Virus record (IMG/VR): IMGVR_UViG_3300044644_001125
Location: 1-64,000 of that record
Strand: one strand, 5' to 3'
DNA: 64,000 nt
Positions 58,929-64,000 of the stretch are shown one piece after another. The position numbers were made by a program, and so were the translations under genes. Below the pieces are notes generated by a model. The model was not told the DNA's origin, did no database searches, and worked only from the letters and a program-made list of their open reading frames with translations. How positions within the stretch are numbered: the first letter of the stretch is position 1; the number at the start of each line of letters is the position of its first letter.

Positions 58929-59753
58929 ATGCGATTTCGGTTATATAGAGAGTTCGGTGCAATGAATAGCGGTCCAGTATTCGATGCGTTTGAACAAGGA
59001 TTACTGGCATTAGGCCATAGCGTAGTAGACGAAGATTCCGATGTTGATGTTATCTGGTCAGTTCTATGGAAAGGCAGAATGGCTCCGAATGCTGGAATAT
59101 ATGAATCAGCTAAAGTTACCAATAAACCAATTGTCATACTAGAAATTGGAAGCCTAATACGTGGAACTACATGGAAAGTTTCGCTGAATCACATGAATGC
59201 GCTAGGGTTCTACGGCCATGAAACTGATTTGGATGAAAACAGACCAGCTAAGTTAGGACTGGCACTAAAAGATAATGCAACCAGAAAACCTGAAATTCTA
59301 CTTGCATTGCAACATCAAGATAGTTTACAATGGCAACATCAAATGCCAACGGTTGACTGGATTGAACAAACCATCGCAGTAATCAGACAATATACCGATA
59401 GAACTGTAGTAGTAAGACCGCATCCTAGGTCAATTATATATGTACCAATTAGAAAAGATGTTCACTGTGAACGTCCAAACCGAGTTACTGGAACTTACGA
59501 TAGCTACGATATAGATTACAATTATCATTGTGTAGTTAACCACAATAGTGGTCCTTCTATACAAGCCGCTATTCATGGAACACCTGTTATTTGTGATAGT
59601 ACTAGTCTGGCATACCCAGTAAGTTCACCGATGAAAACAGTACACAACCCAGTATTACCCGATAGAGAAGATTGGTTTTTAAAATTAACACATACGGAAT
59701 GGACTTTAGATGAAATTACCACTGGCCTACCTTTAAAAAGACTACTTATATGA
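58929..59753 (+). CDS. Capsule-polysaccharide-biosynthesis-like transferase
   Basis: ILL.LQH..SLQW, VVVRPHPR, VVNHNSGP.IQAAI.G.P, L...EW. Confidence 0.62.
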   Translation: MRFRLYREFGAMNSGPVFDAFEQGLLALGHSVVDEDSDVDVIWSVLWKGRMAPNAGIYESAKVTNKPIVILEIGSLIRGTTWKVSLNHMNALGFYGHETDLDENRPAKLGLALKDNATRKPEILLALQHQDSLQWQHQMPTVDWIEQTIAVIRQYTDRTVVVRPHPRSIIYVPIRKDVHCERPNRVTGTYDSYDIDYNYHCVVNHNSGPSIQAAIHGTPVICDSTSLAYPVSSPMKTVHNPVLPDREDWFLKLTHTEWTLDEITTGLPLKRLLI

Positions 59754-60877
59754 TACCTTATATTGAAGACGTATACCCATTATTCTACGGATTAGTTGAG
59801 AAATTTGATCCATCAGTTGCAACCGCAGCTAAACAATTTAAAACAATGTGTCAGGATGGTAAACAATTCACCGACAAACAAGCCGGTTATTTGTTATCCA
59901 TAATGTCTAGTCACAAACATCAAGTACCAGTTGACTTATCTCCGGTACTTGACAACCCTAGTTGGAAATTATCTTTTAGACAAATAGATACCGGTAAACG
60001 GGTCTGGATTACAGATAATCGAGTACATATACAATTTCCGTTTAGTATCAAAGCCAACTTCGAATCTGAATTTGATGATGAATCTACTAGTTGGAATTCC
60101 GAGTTACGATATCGCACAGGTAGTCTATTTGATATTAATGTCATACAGTTATACGATTTTGCATTAAGACATGGTTTTGAAATAGACCCGTCATTTGAAA
60201 CTATTGCGTTTGAAACCGAAGATTGCCTAGCTGAAGAAAAGCAAGCATCTCCGCATAGTGTGGTTATCGATAAGCAAGTATATTTGGTTAACTCAACCGA
60301 AGAAACCGATACTTGGTTTGATTCACATAAAACCGGTAATCGACTTCAAGACCTATTCTTAGCAAAACACATGGGATATTTGTATGCTGGTAGACCAAGA
60401 AACTTAGTAGAACGCATCGCTTCATTACCTGAAAATGCTTTTTGGTTAACAGATATCGATAGATTCTTGGTACTTTGCCACCATATACAAGGTAAAGTGT
60501 GTATTGTACTAGATAGAGCAAGCAACAATTATTATTGGTTACAAGATTTCATCGAAGAAGTTAAACGCTCACCTATTTCAATGGACGAGGTTAAGTATGG
60601 GTCTGCGGTAAAAGGTAACAATCCACTCAATGATATAGTCATTGAATATGGGTTGAATAAGAATGTACGTTCTGGAAAAATCATAATAAGTATCTACAGA
60701 CCGAATAATTGGTTGATAGATCAATCAGAAAATGTTATGATGCTAGTTACAAACAACATATACCCGTCAACAAATGTAGTAACCAGAGAATGGCTAGATT
60801 CGCATCCTTGTGTTATTCATTTAAGCGAATATAAACCAACAATCCACCACTGGAGTAAGAACCTTGTCAAACTGTAA
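59750..60877 (+). CDS. Hypothetical protein upstream of uvsW
   Basis: 375 aa ORF coupled by overlaps to both neighbours. Confidence 0.6.
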   Translation: MIPYIEDVYPLFYGLVEKFDPSVATAAKQFKTMCQDGKQFTDKQAGYLLSIMSSHKHQVPVDLSPVLDNPSWKLSFRQIDTGKRVWITDNRVHIQFPFSIKANFESEFDDESTSWNSELRYRTGSLFDINVIQLYDFALRHGFEIDPSFETIAFETEDCLAEEKQASPHSVVIDKQVYLVNSTEETDTWFDSHKTGNRLQDLFLAKHMGYLYAGRPRNLVERIASLPENAFWLTDIDRFLVLCHHIQGKVCIVLDRASNNYYWLQDFIEEVKRSPISMDEVKYGSAVKGNNPLNDIVIEYGLNKNVRSGKIIISIYRPNNWLIDQSENVMMLVTNNIYPSTNVVTREWLDSHPCVIHLSEYKPTIHHWSKNLVKL

Positions 60878-62939
60878 ATTAATAATTAAGGATGAAGTAA
60901 ACATCCAAATCGATGGGTTAGCGGTTGAAACCCGTCGTAAACTAGTTAGTAAATTGAAATATGAATTACCTTATGCTCGTCATATGCCAGCCTATAAACT
61001 TGGTCGCTGGGATGGTACTAAAACATTCTTTAGTATCGGTGGCACTGGGTTCTTAGCCCATTTAGATGTTATATTACCTATTATTCAAAACGATGGATAT
61101 GAAATCGAGATTGAAGATAAAAGAAAACCAATTGATTTGAAATTCGATCCGATAACTGAATCATACTGGGCAGACCAAGGTAAAGTTTGGCCAGAAGGTC
61201 ATCGATACGCTGGTGAACCTATTATGCTACGTGAGGACCAAGCACATGCAGTTAATATGTATTTGCAAAATCCACAGTCACTTCAATCCATATCAACAGG
61301 TGCGGGTAAGTGTCAACCATTAACCTGTAACGTATTGACACCAACTGGTTTTAGACCAATTGGTGATATTCAAGTTGGAGATTTGGTATTAACACCGACT
61401 GGCGAATCAGTTGCAGTACTTGATGTATTCGAGCCTGGTAACAAAGACGTTTATGCGTTAACATTTGAAGATGGTAGAACTACTCGTGCTTGTGGTGATC
61501 ATATTTGGAAGGTATTTGTCAATTCAGATTGGAGTCATGTAACCACTGAAAGTCTTATTGTTCTACTTGGTGGGACATCTGCATTAAGCATTCCAATGGT
61601 TACAATGGATCACCAATCTGCATCGAATCCTGTTGATTTATCGATGCGGTTGCATCTAATTGAACAACTTAACAAACTTCTTGGCACACCGTTAGTGACT
61701 GCATTAAAATCGGAAGCAGAGGGATTCCAGCAACTTGTTAGAAGTATTGGTGGTTTGGCTCGATTAGCTTATAATGATGGTAAGTATACAGTTGATGCGA
61801 CTCTACCTGTACCGGATTTAAAACTACAAATCAGTGACATCAAATTGGTTTCCAATGAACCAGTTAAGTGTATTATGATTGATAGTCCAGAACATCTATA
61901 TGTAACAGATGATTTCATCGTAACACATAACACGATCACAACGGCTACCCTAAGTCAGTTATGCGAACCTTATGGTCGTTCTATGGTTATTGTACCTAGT
62001 AAAGATTTGGTACTACAAACCGAAGAAGATTACAAAAACGTAGGACTTGATGTTGGTGTTTATTACGGTGATAGAAAAGAACTTGGCAAAACCCACACCA
62101 TTTGTACATGGCAAAGTTTAGAAGCACTCGATAAGAAAGACCCAGACCAAGCGATTTTATCACTTGCTGAGTTTATTGACGGTGTAACTGCTGTTATCGT
62201 GGACGAGTGTCACGCGGCCTCCGCTTCAATTCTAACCAAACTTCTTACCCAGAATTTCAAGCACTGTCCTATTAGATGGGGATTAACTGGTACCGTACCA
62301 AAAGAACCGCATGAATTCCAAGGGATTCTTGCGAGTCTTGGTTCCGTTATTAATACTGTTACAGCTAAAGATTTACAGGATCTAGGTATTCTTGCTGACT
62401 TGCATATCAATATTCTACAAACCAATGATGTGCAATCATTTAAAAACTACCAAGCGGAGTATGATTTTTTGGTAACTGATACACGTAGACTTACTTGGAT
62501 GGCAAGTAAAATCGTTGAAATGACGGCTACTGGTAACACATTAGTGCTTGTTAACAGAATTGAAACTGGTAAGGTGTTAACTGATTTGATCCCCAACAGC
62601 ACATTCATTAATGGTAGTGTTAAGTCTAAAAACCGTAAAACTGAATACGATGAAATCAAAACCAGTGATGATAAAGTTATTATCGCAACGTTTGGCGTAG
62701 CCAGTACCGGTATTAACTTACCACGTATCTTTAACCTAGTATTAGTCGAGCCTGGTAAGAGTTTCACCCGAGTTATTCAGTCAATTGGTCGTGGTATTCG
62801 TAAAGCCGATGACAAAGATTATGTTGATGTGTATGATATCACCAGTGCTTGTAAGTATGCTAAAAAACATTTGACTGAACGTAAACGGTATTACAAAGAG
62901 GCTCAATATCCATTCACTGTTACTAAAGTAAATCTGTAA
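60864..62939 (+). CDS. uvsW: SF2 DNA helicase UvsW-like with intein
   Basis: GRWDG, STGAGK|TI Walker A, VIVDECH, WGLTGT, ATFGVASTGIN, QSIGRGIR. Confidence 0.9.
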   Translation: MSNCKLIIKDEVNIQIDGLAVETRRKLVSKLKYELPYARHMPAYKLGRWDGTKTFFSIGGTGFLAHLDVILPIIQNDGYEIEIEDKRKPIDLKFDPITESYWADQGKVWPEGHRYAGEPIMLREDQAHAVNMYLQNPQSLQSISTGAGKCQPLTCNVLTPTGFRPIGDIQVGDLVLTPTGESVAVLDVFEPGNKDVYALTFEDGRTTRACGDHIWKVFVNSDWSHVTTESLIVLLGGTSALSIPMVTMDHQSASNPVDLSMRLHLIEQLNKLLGTPLVTALKSEAEGFQQLVRSIGGLARLAYNDGKYTVDATLPVPDLKLQISDIKLVSNEPVKCIMIDSPEHLYVTDDFIVTHNTITTATLSQLCEPYGRSMVIVPSKDLVLQTEEDYKNVGLDVGVYYGDRKELGKTHTICTWQSLEALDKKDPDQAILSLAEFIDGVTAVIVDECHAASASILTKLLTQNFKHCPIRWGLTGTVPKEPHEFQGILASLGSVINTVTAKDLQDLGILADLHINILQTNDVQSFKNYQAEYDFLVTDTRRLTWMASKIVEMTATGNTLVLVNRIETGKVLTDLIPNSTFINGSVKSKNRKTEYDEIKTSDDKVIIATFGVASTGINLPRIFNLVLVEPGKSFTRVIQSIGRGIRKADDKDYVDVYDITSACKYAKKHLTERKRYYKEAQYPFTVTKVNL
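61311..61931 (+). mobile_element. Intein (207 aa) with eroded endonuclease remnant in the UvsW Walker A
   Basis: Starts CQPL..VLTP.G, block B ACGDHIW, block F VKCIMI, ends VTHN followed by Thr. Confidence 0.9.
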
Positions 62940-62968
62940 TTGACAAATCACTACTGAAGATGTACAAT
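62940..62968 (+). promoter_or_regulatory. Sigma70-type promoter
   Basis: TTGACA (62940-62945), 17 bp, TACAAT (62963-62968) with extended TG. Confidence 0.85.
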
Positions 62969-63000
62969 TGGATATTAAACATTATTAATCAAGGACCCAC

Positions 63001-63507
63001 ATGCGAATTTTAACATTGAACAATAAGTCTTATAACTTGAATGATTTACCTGACGTGATTGAAGAAGATATCCGTTATAGTGTATTAGATAATTCAAACT
63101 CAGAAAACCCAGACTTCTTTTTCCATCCATTGATTTTCATGGAATCATTTAATAGTCCAGCTATTCAACTTAAAATCGATAGCTACACTATCCAAATGCC
63201 ACTTGATTGGCATATCCTAGTGGGTGATCAAGAGTGTGGATTAGATCCAGAAGCAATCCCATTGACTAGCTTGAATCAACGTAAGTTTGAAGCATTTACT
63301 TTCAACCCAATGACTGGCTTTGGTGCTGAATTCTCTGAGATTAAAATTGCAAATATCTTCCAAGATGTCAAATGGTTCTTTCCTAAGTTGAGAAATGGAC
63401 ATTACTTATCAGTCCCATTAGGTGATGACGAGAATCCAAGATGCGTCTTTTTCATTAAAGACGTAACTAAACAATGCGAATCTTTGAAAATCGACCAGAT
63501 CATGTGA
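63001..63507 (+). CDS. Hypothetical protein
   Basis: 168 aa ORF with AAGGA RBS directly after the promoter. Confidence 0.7.
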   Translation: MRILTLNNKSYNLNDLPDVIEEDIRYSVLDNSNSENPDFFFHPLIFMESFNSPAIQLKIDSYTIQMPLDWHILVGDQECGLDPEAIPLTSLNQRKFEAFTFNPMTGFGAEFSEIKIANIFQDVKWFFPKLRNGHYLSVPLGDDENPRCVFFIKDVTKQCESLKIDQIM

Positions 63508-63513
63508 CGTTGT

Positions 63514-63741
63514 ATGGCATATCGATATAATACATTCACGCAATTCTTCGAATTGATGGCGTGGGAGTTAAAGTTATCTTGGCTTCCACGTCGATGTGCC
63601 AAAAGTGACGATCATATATGGTTAGAATTGGCATATCGAGGTCGAAGAAAAGTAAAGGTATTCAACGAAGATATAACAATCGAACATTGGATTTCACGTA
63701 AACATTTTGATATAGGAACTAATAATGATAATCGCAGGTAA
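63514..63741 (+). CDS. Small hypothetical protein
   Basis: 75 aa ORF in the same operon. Confidence 0.5.
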   Translation: MAYRYNTFTQFFELMAWELKLSWLPRRCAKSDDHIWLELAYRGRRKVKVFNEDITIEHWISRKHFDIGTNNDNRR

Positions 63742-64000
63742 AGTATGGGGTCAAACCGAGCTACTAGAAGCAAATGGAGTACTTGAATTCCATCGTATAC
63801 AAGCTATTGCTGGTGGTACTTGTTCTAAACACAAGCACAAATACAAATGGAATGGGTTCTTTGTTGAATCTGGTAAGATGATAATCCGTGTTTGGAAGAA
63901 CAACTACGACTTAGTAGATACCACTGTATTAACCGCAGGTCAGTATACTAAAGTCGCACCAGGCGAATATCATCAGTTCGAAGCGGTTGAAGATACAGTT
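63725..64000 (+). CDS. 3'-truncated cupin-domain protein, not in ORF track
   Basis: MIIAGKVWGQTE...CSKHKH..KWNGFFVESG...PGEYHQF is open to the window end; cupin His motifs. Confidence 0.75.
   Translation, partial: MIIAGKVWGQTELLEANGVLEFHRIQAIAGGTCSKHKHKYKWNGFFVESGKMIIRVWKNNYDLVDTTVLTAGQYTKVAPGEYHQFEAVEDTV

Overview
This window is part of an AT-rich, T4-superfamily-like large tailed phage genome (myovirus). It contains the head module (prohead protease, scaffold, major capsid), a block of long Thr/Gly-rich tail-fibre-like genes, neck, tail sheath and tail tube genes, head completion and terminase genes, gp32/UvsX/UvsY/UvsW recombination genes, one tRNA-Thr(AGU), and a roughly 10 kb glycosyltransferase/sugar-modification island. 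The main observations are: (1) the terminase large subunit is broken into three separate ORFs spread over 8.4 kb that can only be reassembled by one cis class-3 intein plus two atypically split inteins, each gap holding a free-standing endonuclease; (2) an ORF-free, hairpin-rich region of about 0.5-0.6 kb inside the first terminase gap is driven by two tandem near-perfect sigma70 promoters (candidate large ncRNA or origin primer); (3) a 12-bp motif ATTATCTTTTAG occurs in at least 23 exact copies between 32.6 and 60 kb, bracketing gene cassettes and RNA genes; (4) late genes share a CTAAATA/ATAAATA promoter; (5) there is a late-expressed protein-kinase-like gene with a capsid-protein-like N-terminus. 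All family calls come from motif recognition by eye; no database search was run.
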